Shown here one piece after another: positions 18,376-29,655 of a DNA stretch of 64,000 nucleotides. Position 1 is the stretch's first letter; the number at the start of each line of letters is the position of its first letter. A program made the translations under genes and the position numbers. The DNA comes from Synechococcus sp. (lineage in GTDB: Bacteria > Cyanobacteriota > Cyanobacteriia > PCC-6307 > Cyanobiaceae): NCBI GenBank assembly GCA_047285805.1, contig JBJBCN010000002.1, positions 768,001 to 832,000 of the forward strand, given 5' to 3'. The notes below the pieces were generated by a model that had not been told where the DNA came from, did no database searches, and worked only from the letters and a program-made list of their open reading frames with translations.

Positions 18376-19272
18376 TTAGGTCAAGCCGCGATCGCCTGCG
18401 AACAGAAAGCGAACGAGCGACAAGAGCAGCACGATCACGAACAGGGCCAGGCCGACCGTACAGGCGTAGCTGATCTCCAGCTCTGCAAAGGCTTGGTCGT
18501 AGACGTAGTAAACCAGGGTCTTAGTGCTGTTTGCGGGTCCCCCCTGGGTCATCAGATAGACCTCCTCGAAGACCTTGGTGGCCGCAATCGCTGAAATCAC
18601 CGCGACCAAGGTGACGTAGGGACGCAGCAGGGGCAGGGTGATGTCGAGGTGCTTGCGCCAACCCTCACTGCCGTCGAGCTCCGCCGCTTCGTAGAGGTCA
18701 GCCGGGATCCCCTGGAGACCGGCCAGAAAAATCACCATGTAGTAGCCCAGGCCCTTCCACAGGGTCACGACAATCACGGCGGGAAGCGCCAGCAAGGGAT
18801 TGGTGAGGAAACCAATCGGCTCAAAAGCGGGACCCAAGAGCGTGTCGAGCCATCCATTGATCAAGCCGTTCTCGGCATAGAGCCAACGAAAGGCAATGGC
18901 CGCCACCACGATCGAGACCAGCACCGGGGTGTAGAAGGTGGCCCGAAACCAGTGGATCCCCGGCAGCTGACGGTTCACCAGGACCGCCAGGGCCAGCGCC
19001 CCCAACACCACCGGCGGCACCACCCCAAAGAGATAGGCCAAGGTCGTCCCCAGGACCTTGAAGAACATCGGATCCGCCAGCAGGCGCCGCACATTTGCCA
19101 GGCCCACAAACCGCAGGGGCTCAGAGACGTCCAAACCGGTCTGGGTGAAGCTCATCACCAGTGCCATAGCCGCCGGGATGAACACCGACAGGGAAATCAG
19201 CACCAGCGCCGGGGACAGGAAAGCCCAGGCGGTGGCAGAGGAGGCACCGGTGCGGAGGGAACGCTCAGCCAT
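18376..19272 (-). CDS. Carbohydrate ABC transporter permease
   Basis: EAA loop LYEAAELDG, multiple TM segments, MTQGGPANST. Confidence 0.93.
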   Translation of the reverse strand: MAERSLRTGASSATAWAFLSPALVLISLSVFIPAAMALVMSFTQTGLDVSEPLRFVGLANVRRLLADPMFFKVLGTTLAYLFGVVPPVVLGALALAVLVNRQLPGIHWFRATFYTPVLVSIVVAAIAFRWLYAENGLINGWLDTLLGPAFEPIGFLTNPLLALPAVIVVTLWKGLGYYMVIFLAGLQGIPADLYEAAELDGSEGWRKHLDITLPLLRPYVTLVAVISAIAATKVFEEVYLMTQGGPANSTKTLVYYVYDQAFAELEISYACTVGLALFVIVLLLSLVRFLFAGDRGLT

Positions 19273-19329
19273 GCAGGCAGCATTGATCGCGCCATTGTGG
19301 TGGATCTTTTCCGATCAGCTAGTCACCCC

Positions 19330-21156
19330 ATGCTGAATAGTTCGGCCCAGCCCAATATTGACCCGCTGGACGTGCTGCAAGGGGTCTTTGGCTACGCCTC
19401 CTTCCGCGGACCGCAGGAGGCGATCGTGCGCCATGTGATCGGCGGAGGTTCGGGGCTGGTGCTGATGCCAACCGGCGGCGGCAAATCGCTCTGTTATCAG
19501 GTTCCGGCCCTCTGCACGCCAGGGCTAGCCGTAGTGATCTCGCCTCTGATCGCCCTGATGCAGGATCAGGTGGAAGCGTTGCAGCAACTCGGTGTCGCGG
19601 CCGCCGCCCTGCATTCAGGCCTCGAGGTCGGCGCCAGCCAAACCATCTGGCGGCAGCTGAGCAACAGCGAGCTGGATCTCCTCTACGTCTCACCCGAGCG
19701 GCTCTTCAGCGCGGATGTGCTGGAGCGACTGGGCTCCATGCCACTGGCCCTGTTCGCCATCGATGAAGCCCATTGCGTCTCGCAGTGGGGGCATGACTTC
19801 CGGCCTGAATACCGCTTACTCGATCAGCTCGCGACACGCTTTCCCGAGGTGCCGAGACTGGCCCTCACCGCGACCGCCGATCCGCGCACCCAGCGGGATA
19901 TCCGCGCCTGTCTGCAGTTGCATCAGGATGAGGTCTTCCTAGCCAGCTTTGATCGGCGCAACATCCGCTATCTGCTCCGCCACAAACAGGGTGGTCGTGC
20001 GCAGCTGCTGGAGTTCCTGGCGGAACACCGCGGTGAATCGGGGATCGTCTATGCCCGCTCACGCAACCGGGTGGACCGGGTGGCCGCTGAACTCAAGGCC
20101 GCCGGCATCGATGCCATTGCATATCACGCCGGCATGGATGCCGAATCACGGCGGGAGGCCCTGCAGCGCTTCCGTCTTGGCAGCGGCGTGATCGTGGTGG
20201 CCACGATCGCCTTTGGCATGGGGATCGACAAACCCGATGTGCGCTTCGTGGCCCACGTCGACCTACCCAAAAGCCTCGAGGCCTACTACCAAGAAACCGG
20301 TCGGGCGGGTCGCGATGGCCTACCCGCGGTGGCCTGGATGGCACACAGCGCCGGCGACATCCCACAGCTGCGCCGTTTCATTGATGAATCCGGAGCCAGT
20401 GAGGAGCAGAAACGCATCGAGCGCGGCAAGCTCGAGGCCCTCATCGCCTACAGCGAAGCCAGCGGCTGCCGGCGTCAGGTGCTGCTCAGCCATTTCGGTG
20501 AGGCGCTCGCCGAACCCTGCAACAACTGCGATGGCTGCCTCGAACCCAAACAGCGCAGCGACTGCCGGATCGCGGCGCAGAAAGGGCTGTCGGCTGTGTA
20601 CCGGACCGGCCAACGCTTTGGCGCAGGCCATGTTGTCGACGTGTTGTTGGGCGCCAACACCGAGCGCATCCGATCGCTCGGGCACGAGCAGCTGAGTGTG
20701 TACGGCATCGGCAAGGAGCTAGATCGGAGCCAATGGCGAGCCCTACTGCGCCAGCTGGTCAGCCTCGGGGCCCTGGACTCCCCAGACGTCGCCAAGGGCG
20801 GGTTGTGTTTTGGTCCACCCGAGCTGGTTCAGCCGCTGCTGAGGGGCGAGCGGGAGCTCCATTTGGTTCTGCCGCCAAGAGCCAAGGAGCAGCGTCGACG
20901 CAGCCAGGCCACCGCTGCGGCATTGCCGGACGACGATCCACTGCTGGCGGCCTTGAAAAGCTGGCGGCGGGAGCAGGCCCGGCAGCAGGGCGTCCCGCCC
21001 TATGTGGTGTTCCACGACCGCACCCTGGTGGAGTTAGCGGCACGTCATCCGGGATCCCTCAGCGAACTCGCCGGCATAAGCGGCATCGGCGCAGCCAAGC
21101 AGGAGCGCTACGGAGCGGCACTGCTCGAGGTGCTGACGGCAACAGGAGACGGATAG
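19330..21156 (+). CDS. recQ: ATP-dependent DNA helicase RecQ
   Basis: [30 protein letters not shown] cysteines, HRDC domain. Confidence 0.97.
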   Translation: MLNSSAQPNIDPLDVLQGVFGYASFRGPQEAIVRHVIGGGSGLVLMPTGGGKSLCYQVPALCTPGLAVVISPLIALMQDQVEALQQLGVAAAALHSGLEVGASQTIWRQLSNSELDLLYVSPERLFSADVLERLGSMPLALFAIDEAHCVSQWGHDFRPEYRLLDQLATRFPEVPRLALTATADPRTQRDIRACLQLHQDEVFLASFDRRNIRYLLRHKQGGRAQLLEFLAEHRGESGIVYARSRNRVDRVAAELKAAGIDAIAYHAGMDAESRREALQRFRLGSGVIVVATIAFGMGIDKPDVRFVAHVDLPKSLEAYYQETGRAGRDGLPAVAWMAHSAGDIPQLRRFIDESGASEEQKRIERGKLEALIAYSEASGCRRQVLLSHFGEALAEPCNNCDGCLEPKQRSDCRIAAQKGLSAVYRTGQRFGAGHVVDVLLGANTERIRSLGHEQLSVYGIGKELDRSQWRALLRQLVSLGALDSPDVAKGGLCFGPPELVQPLLRGERELHLVLPPRAKEQRRRSQATAAALPDDDPLLAALKSWRREQARQQGVPPYVVFHDRTLVELAARHPGSLSELAGISGIGAAKQERYGAALLEVLTATGDG

Positions 21157-21181
21157 CCTCAAGCGACTGCAGCGTTATTCC

Positions 21182-22300
21182 ATGAGCGCCACGGCCGCCG
21201 CGATCCGCACCATCGAGGTGGCACTCAGTGCGAATCCCTATCCCGTCGTGATCGGACGAGGAGCGCTCTCGAGCCTCGGTCAGCAGATCCTGGGCCAGGG
21301 AATTAAAGCGGGCACCAAGGTCTTGATCGTGACCAACCCCGTCGTGCATCAGCACTACGGCGCCCAGGCATCGGGCAGCCTCCAGGCAGCGGGCTTTGAG
21401 GCGGAGCTCCTCGTGATCGAGGCCGGGGAGGAGCAGAAAACCCCAGCCACCGTGGCGCACATTCACGACGCGGCCTTCGCCCAGAAATTGGAGCGTGGAT
21501 CCTTGATCGTCGCCCTCGGCGGAGGCGTGGTGGGTGACATGGCTGGCTTCGCCGCGGCGAGCTGGCTGCGGGGCATCGCCGTCGTCCAGGTGCCCACGAC
21601 CCTGCTGGCCATGGTCGATGCCTCGATCGGCGGTAAAACCGGCGTGAATCACCCTGGCGGCAAGAACCTGATTGGGGCCTTCCACCAGCCCAAGCTGGTC
21701 CTGATTGATCCAGCCACCCTGGCCACCCTGCCGGAGCGGGAATTCCGGGCCGGCATGGCCGAGGTGATCAAGTACGGGGTCATCGGAGACCCGGACCTCT
21801 TCCACGAACTGGAAGCCGCAGCAGGCGGTCTGCGTTCGATAGCGACCCTGCCAGTGGCGCTCCTGGAGAGCATCCTGGAGCGCGCCGCCGCCGCCAAGGC
21901 GAAGGTCGTCGCGGCGGACGAACGGGAAGGCGGCCTTCGGGCGATCCTCAATTACGGCCACACCCTCGGCCACGTGGTGGAAGCGCTCTGCGGCTACGGC
22001 ACCTATCTCCATGGCGAGGCCGTGGGCATCGGCATGGTGGCCGCCGGCGAGCTCAGCCTGGAGCTGGGGCTCTGGAGCGCCGACGACCAACGCCGGCAAC
22101 GGGCCGTCATCGAAGCGGCAGGTCTGCCGATGCGCTGGCCCGAGCTCGATCCCCAGGCCGTCCTGCGGTGCCTGCAGGGGGACAAGAAGGTGCGGGCTGG
22201 CCGCGTGCGCTTCGTACTCCCGACCAGCCTTGGAACGGTAGAGATCCGTAGTGATGTCCAGCCCGAGCAGGTGTTAGCGGCCCTGTCGCGCTGCGCCTAG
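21182..22300 (+). CDS. aroB: 3-dehydroquinate synthase
   Basis: [35 protein letters not shown]. Confidence 0.98.
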   Translation: MSATAAAIRTIEVALSANPYPVVIGRGALSSLGQQILGQGIKAGTKVLIVTNPVVHQHYGAQASGSLQAAGFEAELLVIEAGEEQKTPATVAHIHDAAFAQKLERGSLIVALGGGVVGDMAGFAAASWLRGIAVVQVPTTLLAMVDASIGGKTGVNHPGGKNLIGAFHQPKLVLIDPATLATLPEREFRAGMAEVIKYGVIGDPDLFHELEAAAGGLRSIATLPVALLESILERAAAAKAKVVAADEREGGLRAILNYGHTLGHVVEALCGYGTYLHGEAVGIGMVAAGELSLELGLWSADDQRRQRAVIEAAGLPMRWPELDPQAVLRCLQGDKKVRAGRVRFVLPTSLGTVEIRSDVQPEQVLAALSRCA

Positions 22301-23463
22301 GCCAGGGGGGGATCCTGCAGGAACATCGGCTGGGCGGCCATGTCGCTGGAGCGCTGCAGGGCAATCCAGCGGAAATCACCGAGGGCAGACGGGTCGACGT
22401 AGCGCAGCAGCGCTTCACGACGACTCAGCAGATCAGCCAACTCCGCCGGTGATCCCTGCTGCAGGGCATGCAGGCGCTGGGCCAAACCAAGGGCCAGCAG
22501 GGCCTCACCCTGGCGCCGCTGCCCCAGCAGGCTCCAGCCACTGGCGACGGCGGCCCGCTCCAGCGACTCCAAACAGAGGTGGGCCGTGAGGTCCCAGCGG
22601 CCCGGCTCCAGAAGCGGATCATCGCTGGCCCGTTGGCCGCGGTAGGCCATCAAGGTGCCATTGCTGCGCTGCGGGGCGTAGTAACGCCAGGCCTCATGGG
22701 CGTAGTCGATCACTAGCAACTGCCCCTGGCTGAGGGCAGCAGCGGCCTGGGCCAGCCACGGGGCGAGACCCACATGCAGCTCCGTGCACCAGCCCTCTGG
22801 CCGCGCGGGCCCAGGGATGTAGGCGTCCAACTCCAGCCGCATGGCCGCACTCAGCGGGGGACCAGCCGCGAGTTCCAGCGCAGCACCCTTCGCCAGCGAG
22901 ACCCCCTGAAGCCGCCAGTCCTGGCCATCCCAGAGCACCCGCTCAACCGCCAGGGCATCCAGCACTTCGTGGGCGAGCATTACCCCGGTCAAGGGCGACT
23001 CCTGGAGCTGGGAGAAGGACTGCCAACGGCAGCGCAGAGGGGCCTCCGCCAAAAGCGCCCGCTGACGCTCCGCCATGCCCGGGTTCGGTTCCACCAGGAC
23101 CAGTTCCAGACGCTCGCGCACCTCCGGTGCCTCCCGCGCAATGGCTTCACTGAGCTGGAGGGCGAGCTGGCCTTCCCCGGGGCCCGTCTCGATCAAGGCC
23201 AGGGGGACGTGACCTGGCTGCTGCTGGAACCACTGCAGAAGCTGAGGCAGCAGGAGCTCCGCAAAGTCCGGTCCCAGAGACGGGGAGGTGGCGAAGTCAC
23301 CCGAAGGCCCCACCTGCAGGCGACCCGCCCCATAGGCCCCATGGCTGGGGTCGTGCAACACCCAGTCCATGTAGGTGCTGAAGGGCACCCAGCCACCGGC
23401 GGCCTGCAACCGCTCCATCAGCCAGGCGGGGGCCGCGTACATAGGAGATGAAGCAGAACTCAC
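22297..23463 (-). CDS. SAM-dependent methyltransferase, NDUFAF7/MidA family
   Basis: GDFATSP, ETGPGEG, HEVLDAL, IDY, DLTAH. Confidence 0.88.
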   Translation of the reverse strand: MSSASSPMYAAPAWLMERLQAAGGWVPFSTYMDWVLHDPSHGAYGAGRLQVGPSGDFATSPSLGPDFAELLLPQLLQWFQQQPGHVPLALIETGPGEGQLALQLSEAIAREAPEVRERLELVLVEPNPGMAERQRALLAEAPLRCRWQSFSQLQESPLTGVMLAHEVLDALAVERVLWDGQDWRLQGVSLAKGAALELAAGPPLSAAMRLELDAYIPGPARPEGWCTELHVGLAPWLAQAAAALSQGQLLVIDYAHEAWRYYAPQRSNGTLMAYRGQRASDDPLLEPGRWDLTAHLCLESLERAAVASGWSLLGQRRQGEALLALGLAQRLHALQQGSPAELADLLSRREALLRYVDPSALGDFRWIALQRSSDMAAQPMFLQDPPLA

Positions 23464-23511
23464 GGCGCTGCAGAGGACTCAGGGAGAATGCTCGCCACTG
23501 AAGCAGGTGCC

Positions 23512-24348
23512 ATGACCGAGCCGCGTGCTGCCCACAGCGTCTCCGCTCTCCGCGGCTGGCTGCTGGGCCTAGCCCTCAGCCTGGCGCTCCTGCTGGGTTG
23601 GGGGGCTCCACCGGCCTGGGCCTATGACAACCCGGACCTGCTGCCCGATCACCCAACCCCGGTGATCGACCTGGCGAAGATCCTCACGGACAACCAGCGC
23701 GCCGCCCTGGAAGCCGAGATCAACGACTTCGAAGCCGTCAGTGGCTGGAAGCTTCGCGTCCTCACCCAATACGACCGCACGCCTGGGCTCGCCGTTAAAG
23801 ACTTCTGGGGCCTCGATGAGCGCAGCCTGCTGCTGATCGCCGACGAGCGCGGCGGGAACCTGCTCAACTTCAACGTGGGCGACGCGCTGTTTGCGCTGAT
23901 GCCCCGCACCTACTGGGTGGAGCTGCAGACCCGCTTCGGCAACCAGTACTACGTGCGAGACCACGGCCAGGATGCGGCCCTGCTCGACTCACTCCACACG
24001 GTCAAGGGCTGCCTCGAGATAGGCGGCTGCCAGGTCGTGCCCGGCTTGCCCCAGGAGCAGTGGCTGCTCACCCTCGCCACCTCCATCCTGGGTGGTCTGA
24101 TCGTGGGGTTTGCGGCCTATCCCCGCAAGCCGGAGCACACAGTGGAGTGGGCCTGGGTGCTGCTGCTCTCCCCCCTCTGGGTGATTCTCTTTGGGGTCTT
24201 TGGTGTGGCTCCGATCATTACCCGCACCTCCGACATTCTGCCCCTGGTGCGCAATGCCCTGGGCTTTGTCGGAGCGATTGCCCTGGCCTACCTGATCGCC
24301 CAGAACACGATCGGTAAGACCCGCCTCAAGGAAGGTGATCAGAGTTAA
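23512..24348 (+). CDS. TPM domain membrane protein
   Basis: Signal peptide, GWKLRVLTQYDRTPG, ELQTRFGNQYYVR, C-terminal TMs. Confidence 0.85.
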   Translation: MTEPRAAHSVSALRGWLLGLALSLALLLGWGAPPAWAYDNPDLLPDHPTPVIDLAKILTDNQRAALEAEINDFEAVSGWKLRVLTQYDRTPGLAVKDFWGLDERSLLLIADERGGNLLNFNVGDALFALMPRTYWVELQTRFGNQYYVRDHGQDAALLDSLHTVKGCLEIGGCQVVPGLPQEQWLLTLATSILGGLIVGFAAYPRKPEHTVEWAWVLLLSPLWVILFGVFGVAPIITRTSDILPLVRNALGFVGAIALAYLIAQNTIGKTRLKEGDQS

Positions 24349-24359
24349 TGGGCTCTGAT

Positions 24360-25205
24360 CTAGATGCCAAGGCTCTTCGGCTTGGGCCCAATCCGATCCA
24401 GGGCCTCGAGCCGGCAACGAAGGGACTGCACCGGTTCACAAGCGGGCAGCTCGACACGGTCGACCGCTGGTTCCTGCGGTTCCGCCAGTGTATTTAATTG
24501 GGCAAGACTTTGCTCATAGAACACCTTTAGAGCCGCGTAGCGCTTAACCGGCTGGCCGTAATAGCTGTAGCCAGCAAGGGTCGGGAACGAGGCCCATTCC
24601 GGTGCGAGCTTAGCGGCCAGCTCCGGGGTGAACTCTCCGCGATCCGCCAAAGCGAGGGCACCGCGTCGCTGAATCAAAAAGATGGCCGCCTGGTCTTGAA
24701 CGTGGGGGCCGAACCCAGCCAGCCCGAGTTTTCGGCTGGCCATTGTCCAGGTGAAGGGCATGAACTGGTAGGCCCCGGCAGCGGCGCTGGCATAGCGACC
24801 GGAATAGATCACTCGGTTGGGATGGCGATCCATTCCGCCCATGAGGCCTCCGCCAAACATCACGCGGTAGCCCAGATCCTCCCCGCGGGCCCAGGTGCCT
24901 TCGGCGAAGCGGATCGTGTTCAGCAGGGCGCGGCGCTCAGGGGTGATCGCGTAACGGAAGGGGCCACCCGGAGTGATCTGACCATCGCTGGCGTCAAGCA
25001 TCGCCAAGCGAGAGCGGGGCGCTGCGGGCTGCCGAGGGACGGGAGGAAGTGCCGGAAGGAGGCTGACCGCATCGGCCTTGGCAACCTCAGGATTGGACTG
25101 ACCGGTATCGGCCAGGGCGGGCACCGGGGCCAGCAGAGCCGAGACACCCAGCAGGGATGCGACGGGCATGGAGAGTAAAGAACGCACAGAGATCGAAGGA
25201 ACCAT
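24360..25205 (-). CDS. Glycoside hydrolase family 104 (lambda-lysozyme-like muramidase)
   Basis: ALLNTIRFAEGT, SAAAGAYQF, QDQAA, LAPEWASFP, YYGQP; signal-like N-terminus. Confidence 0.88.
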   Translation of the reverse strand: MVPSISVRSLLSMPVASLLGVSALLAPVPALADTGQSNPEVAKADAVSLLPALPPVPRQPAAPRSRLAMLDASDGQITPGGPFRYAITPERRALLNTIRFAEGTWARGEDLGYRVMFGGGLMGGMDRHPNRVIYSGRYASAAAGAYQFMPFTWTMASRKLGLAGFGPHVQDQAAIFLIQRRGALALADRGEFTPELAAKLAPEWASFPTLAGYSYYGQPVKRYAALKVFYEQSLAQLNTLAEPQEPAVDRVELPACEPVQSLRCRLEALDRIGPKPKSLGI

Positions 25206-25531
25206 CAACTTCGAAGAGATCTGAGCGCTCAAATCATCAAAAGCAGAGAACGGCGCACGTCAAGGGAGACCTAATACAGGAAAACCAGACGACGGGTACA
25301 CCAAATCAAAGAGCTGTCTAAATTAGTGCAGATATTGTCCTGCACTAGCAAGTCAACCAGTCAATTGTAAGTTAAATTTTGTCCGACTAACCGTCAACAA
25401 AGCAAGTAATCCATGCCAGTGCAGTAACCGTCCACAAGCATCAAGATCTAAGAGCGCGATTGAACTCACTCTTGGACTGGAGTTTGGAGTCGCAAAAAGA
25501 ACAAAATCCAAAACATTGCGTGACCTCGCCC

Positions 25532-26599
25532 TCAACCGAGCGCCAAGGCACGGAGGAAACGGGCCGCCTGCTGCGGGCCATCGGGACTCAATCCATCGCC
25601 CGAAGCGGGCACGAGGGGGCGATCCACCTGCCAGTCCCCCCGCTCCAGCTGCGCACGACTCAACAAGCGATGGGGGGCGTGGCGCTGCAGGAATGCCTCC
25701 AAAACCTGAGCCTCGGCAAACCCGTCCCGATGCACCAGGTGCACCCCCAATCCCATGGTCATCGCCTCACAGAAGGTGCTGTAACCGGGCTTCGTGATCA
25801 CCCGGCTGCAGAGCGGCATGCACTCCAGGGGCCTGAGGTCCTTGGGAATCACGCTGACATTCACCGCCTCGCAGTGGAGCCCGGGATCACTCACCAAAAA
25901 GTGATGCCCAGGCCAACGTTCAAACAACTTGGAGTCCAGCTGCACGCCGAGGCCGCCAAAGCCCATCAGCACCGTCCGCTGGGGCGCTGACGTCAGACCC
26001 AGTAGATCCCGCACCCGCTGGGGATCCAGGCGCGGCTGCCCGGCAGTCAAGCCGATCTCCTCGCTCGGCAGCCCCCAGTCCATGTCCATCGCGAACGGAC
26101 AACGCAGCAGGGCCGTCCCTTGCCGGTACTGCTCCAGTGCACGGTCCGCCCAATCCGTCAAAGCGCCACCCATGGGCCGGTAGATGGCATCCCAACCGAA
26201 ATTGCCCATCCAGACCAGAGGTGCCTCCAAGGCCAAGGCCAATCGTGCTGCCGCCGGAGGGACGTCGGCGAGCAGCAGAACCGAGTCCCCTTGCTGCTGC
26301 AGCCAAGCCAACTCCTGTTCGATCTGCTGCGGCATCTGCTCCTCAACGGCCTCCAGGGCCGCCAAGGTGGCGTCCGGGTCAGCGTCTAGGGCATCGGCCT
26401 GAATCACCCCCACATCCCAGCGCAGGGCACGCTTTTCAAAGGGAATCTCGGCAAAAGCCAGCGAGAGAAACGACGCGGGCAAGGGCGTCGAGAGCACGAT
26501 GCGCCAGCTCGGCTGCAGGCGGTGGACGGCATTCAAGACCGCGGCGACCCGCGATCCATGGCCAAAGCCATGGCCACTAATGCAGACATAAAGCAGCAT
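25532..26599 (-). CDS. Glycosyltransferase-like (GT-B) conserved protein
   Basis: SGHGFGHGSR, TKPGYSTFCEA. Confidence 0.8.
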   Translation of the reverse strand: MLLYVCISGHGFGHGSRVAAVLNAVHRLQPSWRIVLSTPLPASFLSLAFAEIPFEKRALRWDVGVIQADALDADPDATLAALEAVEEQMPQQIEQELAWLQQQGDSVLLLADVPPAAARLALALEAPLVWMGNFGWDAIYRPMGGALTDWADRALEQYRQGTALLRCPFAMDMDWGLPSEEIGLTAGQPRLDPQRVRDLLGLTSAPQRTVLMGFGGLGVQLDSKLFERWPGHHFLVSDPGLHCEAVNVSVIPKDLRPLECMPLCSRVITKPGYSTFCEAMTMGLGVHLVHRDGFAEAQVLEAFLQRHAPHRLLSRAQLERGDWQVDRPLVPASGDGLSPDGPQQAARFLRALALG

Positions 26600-26601
26600 C
26601 G

Positions 26602-27453
26602 CTAGGCCAGCTCCGCCCGGAAGAGCGTTTGGCGGTAGGGAAGGGTCCCCCCATTGCTGAACCAGCGGTGGGAGACCTCCTGAAGAACGCCGTCCTCAAA
26701 CTCAACCCAGCTAAAGTGCCGCAGCGCTCTGCCCTTTGGATCCTCGCCGTGGCGCGGAACACAGGCGGTATTGAGGTAAGTGGTTCCGGAACGGTCCCGA
26801 CTGAAGCTCTGTCGCTCGCCCTGGCCACGCTTCAGGCGATGATGCATGTGGCCAAAAACGACTAAGGGGACGGGACGGCTGCGGCGAATGCGGTCGATCG
26901 CGAGCGCCAAGTCCTGATCGCCCCAATCGCAAGCGGGCGCTTTCCAATCCCGCCCACAGGGATCAGCGGCCCCACTCCCCAAACCGCTCGGTCCGGAATG
27001 GGCAAGCACCACCAGGGGCAGGCGCGGATCGGCCGAAAGGGCCGCCGCACGGATGCGTTCAGCGGACTCCTCCAAGCCAACCGGCCCAAAGACCGCTTCG
27101 GCAGCGCGGTTGAGGTAGTGACCGCCGCCGGCACTGGCGGGTCGAGCACCGACCACGGCCAGCCCCGGTGGCTGCAACTCCCGCAGGCCCCAGCCGCAAT
27201 GGAGATCGCCCAACAGATCCAATTGACGTTGCAGGGTGCGACCGCTGGCGTCACGACCGGTGTCGTGGTTCCCGAGGATGCAGGCCATCGGCAGGCTCAG
27301 GCGCGTCAGCCGCTTGGGGATCAGCTGCTGACCATCGCTCAGGTCACCGACCACCAACAGGGCGTCTGGCGCCAGTGCGGCCAAGACCTCTTCATCCAGA
27401 CCATCCCACTGGCCATGCAGATCTCCGGCGATGGCAATGCGGAGGGTGGCCAA
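26602..27453 (-). CDS. TIGR04168 family metallophosphoesterase
   Basis: GDLHG, GD, GNHD, AHSGP, GHMHH; start estimated. Confidence 0.85.
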   Translation of the reverse strand: MATLRIAIAGDLHGQWDGLDEEVLAALAPDALLVVGDLSDGQQLIPKRLTRLSLPMACILGNHDTGRDASGRTLQRQLDLLGDLHCGWGLRELQPPGLAVVGARPASAGGGHYLNRAAEAVFGPVGLEESAERIRAAALSADPRLPLVVLAHSGPSGLGSGAADPCGRDWKAPACDWGDQDLALAIDRIRRSRPVPLVVFGHMHHRLKRGQGERQSFSRDRSGTTYLNTACVPRHGEDPKGRALRHFSWVEFEDGVLQEVSHRWFSNGGTLPYRQTLFRAELA

Positions 27454-27499
27454 GTGGTGCCTAGGCTTTCGCCATCCTGCACCACTTAGGGCCAGAGCC

Positions 27500-28468
27500 T
27501 TGGTTTTCGCGGCAGCCCAGAACACCTCCTCCGGTTGCCCTGCTCACCGGGATCTCCCGGAGGCGATTGCCGCGTTGAAACGGCAGCGCAATGCTGTGAT
27601 CCTGTCCCACTACTACCAAGAGCCTGAGATCCAGGACGTCGCTGATTTCATCGGCGATTCGCTGGAGCTCTCTCGGAAGGCAGCCGCCACCGATGCCGAT
27701 GTCATCGTCTTCTGCGGGGTTCACTTCATGGCCGAGGTGGCAAAAATTTTGAGCCCACTGAAGACCGTGTTGCTGCCGGACCTGGACGCCGGCTGCACCC
27801 TGGCGGACGCCTGCCCCGCGGATGGCTTCGCCCAGTTCCGTGCCGAGCACCCCGACCACCTCGTGGTCAGCTACATCAATTGCTCGGCGGCGGTGAAAGC
27901 GCAGAGTGATCTGATCTGCACCAGCAGCAATGCCGTTGATCTAGTCCAACAGCTGCCGGCCGATCGACCGATCCTGTTTGCACCGGATCAAAACCTCGGG
28001 CGTTGGGTGGAAAGCCAGAGCGGACGGGAACTGACCCTCTGGCCCGGCAGCTGCATCGTCCACGAGACCTTCAGCGAGCAGGCCCTACTGCAACTGAAGC
28101 TCGATCATCCCGGTGCCGAAGTGCTTGCCCACCCCGAATGCCAGCAGAACCTGCTCGACTACGCCGATTTCATCGGCTCCACCAGTGCTCTGCTGCGCCG
28201 CTCTGAATCCAGCCCCGCCGAGGCCTTCATCGTGCTGACCGAGCCAGGGATCCTGCACCAGATGCGCAAGGCGGTCCCAGGCAAGTCATTCTTTGAGGTG
28301 CCCGGCGCCGATGGCTGCAGCTGCAACGCCTGTCCCTACATGCGCCTGAACACGCTCGAGAAGCTCTGGCAGTGCCTCACGGACCTCAGCCCCGCAATCG
28401 AGATGGATGAGTCGATGCGCCTGCAGGCCCTCGCGCCGATCCAAAAAATGCTGGAGATGAGCCGCTGA
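27500..28468 (+). CDS. nadA: Quinolinate synthase
   Basis: [27 protein letters not shown]; start estimated. Confidence 0.97.
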   Translation: MVFAAAQNTSSGCPAHRDLPEAIAALKRQRNAVILSHYYQEPEIQDVADFIGDSLELSRKAAATDADVIVFCGVHFMAEVAKILSPLKTVLLPDLDAGCTLADACPADGFAQFRAEHPDHLVVSYINCSAAVKAQSDLICTSSNAVDLVQQLPADRPILFAPDQNLGRWVESQSGRELTLWPGSCIVHETFSEQALLQLKLDHPGAEVLAHPECQQNLLDYADFIGSTSALLRRSESSPAEAFIVLTEPGILHQMRKAVPGKSFFEVPGADGCSCNACPYMRLNTLEKLWQCLTDLSPAIEMDESMRLQALAPIQKMLEMSR

Positions 28469-28476
28469 GTTCGGGC

Positions 28477-29559
28477 TCAGTAGCTGTAGTTCTCGACAAA
28501 CAAACTGCTGTCATCGGAGGGTTCCGAGCCGGGGACATAGCTTCCCAGGCTTGCGGCCCCATTGGCCCGCGCCCGCGCCAAGAGGGCCGCCTGGCCAGCC
28601 TTGAGATCCTTGCCCGCCCAGTTCTTGATGCAGGAGTGCTGCAGGGCCCGGCCGTAGGAGAAACCCAGGTGCCAGGGCGCGCCACAGCGAGCCGCCACCT
28701 GGTTGATGGCGTTCAAGCAGAGGCTGGCGTCTTCTTCGCTGAGGCCGCCACTAAGAAACAGGATCGAGGGGACGGCCGAGGGGACCGTGCGCATCAGGGT
28801 TCGAACCGTGAACTCCCCGACCTCCTCCGCACTGGGCTGATGGGAACAACTCGCCCCAGCGCAGGTCATCGATGGCTTGAGGAGACTGCCCTCGAGGAAC
28901 ACGCCGTTGACCGCGAGCGCCTCGTAGGTGGTCCGCAACACCCACTCCTGAACGGCCGCGGTGGTGGTGATGTCGTGGTCGCCATCCATCAGGATTTCCG
29001 GCTCCACGATGGGCACCAACCCCTGCTCTTGCACAGTCCGGGCATAGCGGGCCAGGCCCCAGGCGTTCTCGCGCACCGAGAGCTCGGAGGGTGAGCCGTT
29101 GGCGCTGATCTGCAGAACGGCCCGCCACTTGGCAAAGCGCGCGCCCCGTTCGTAGTAGCGGGCTGCCCGCCCCGCGAGGCCCTTCAAGCCCGTGCACGAG
29201 GTCTCACCGCTCAAACCGCCGGCTAGGGGCTCCACCCCCTGGTCTACCTTGACCCCGGGGAGGATGCCCTGGGCTTGGAAGAGCTCCGTGATCGGCGTTC
29301 CGCCCTCCTCCCTGGTGCTGTCCTGAAAGAGGGTCTCTTCGAAGAGGATCACTCCAGAGATGTGATTCCTGAGGCCCACGGTCGTGGCCAAAAGACTGCG
29401 GTAGGCCCGTCGGTGCTCTTCGCTGTTCTCCAGGCCGATGGCGTCAAAGCGTTTGCCGATGGTGCCGGTGGATTCATCGGCCGCCAAGAGCCCAGTCCCC
29501 GGGGCCGCCAAGGCCGCTGCGGTGCTGGCCAACTCATCGCGGAACGCTTGCAGGGCCAT
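28477..29559 (-). CDS. Fructose-bisphosphate aldolase class I
   Basis: LAADESTGTIGKR, FAKWR, PIVEPE, LLKPSM, FLSGG, FSYGRALQ. Confidence 0.96.
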   Translation of the reverse strand: MALQAFRDELASTAAALAAPGTGLLAADESTGTIGKRFDAIGLENSEEHRRAYRSLLATTVGLRNHISGVILFEETLFQDSTREEGGTPITELFQAQGILPGVKVDQGVEPLAGGLSGETSCTGLKGLAGRAARYYERGARFAKWRAVLQISANGSPSELSVRENAWGLARYARTVQEQGLVPIVEPEILMDGDHDITTTAAVQEWVLRTTYEALAVNGVFLEGSLLKPSMTCAGASCSHQPSAEEVGEFTVRTLMRTVPSAVPSILFLSGGLSEEDASLCLNAINQVAARCGAPWHLGFSYGRALQHSCIKNWAGKDLKAGQAALLARARANGAASLGSYVPGSEPSDDSSLFVENYSY

Positions 29560-29655
29560 CGCACGGGCAGCAGGAGCTTCCCCCTAGCTAGCGCCAAAAC
29601 GCAGTCCTGGAAGCTCCGTGGTCATGATTCAGGCCGATCACGCCGCCCAGCGCCC

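Noticed and set aside
18649..19329. Long N-terminal extension of RecQ in the ORF track
   Set aside because: Antisense to the ABC permease; RecQ similarity starts near ATG 19330. The same applies to the extensions of the exonuclease, helicase, NDT, lpxD and nadA
25263..25269. Another AGGGAGA motif
   Set aside because: Only a 3-bp upstream stem and no terminator; consistent with chance
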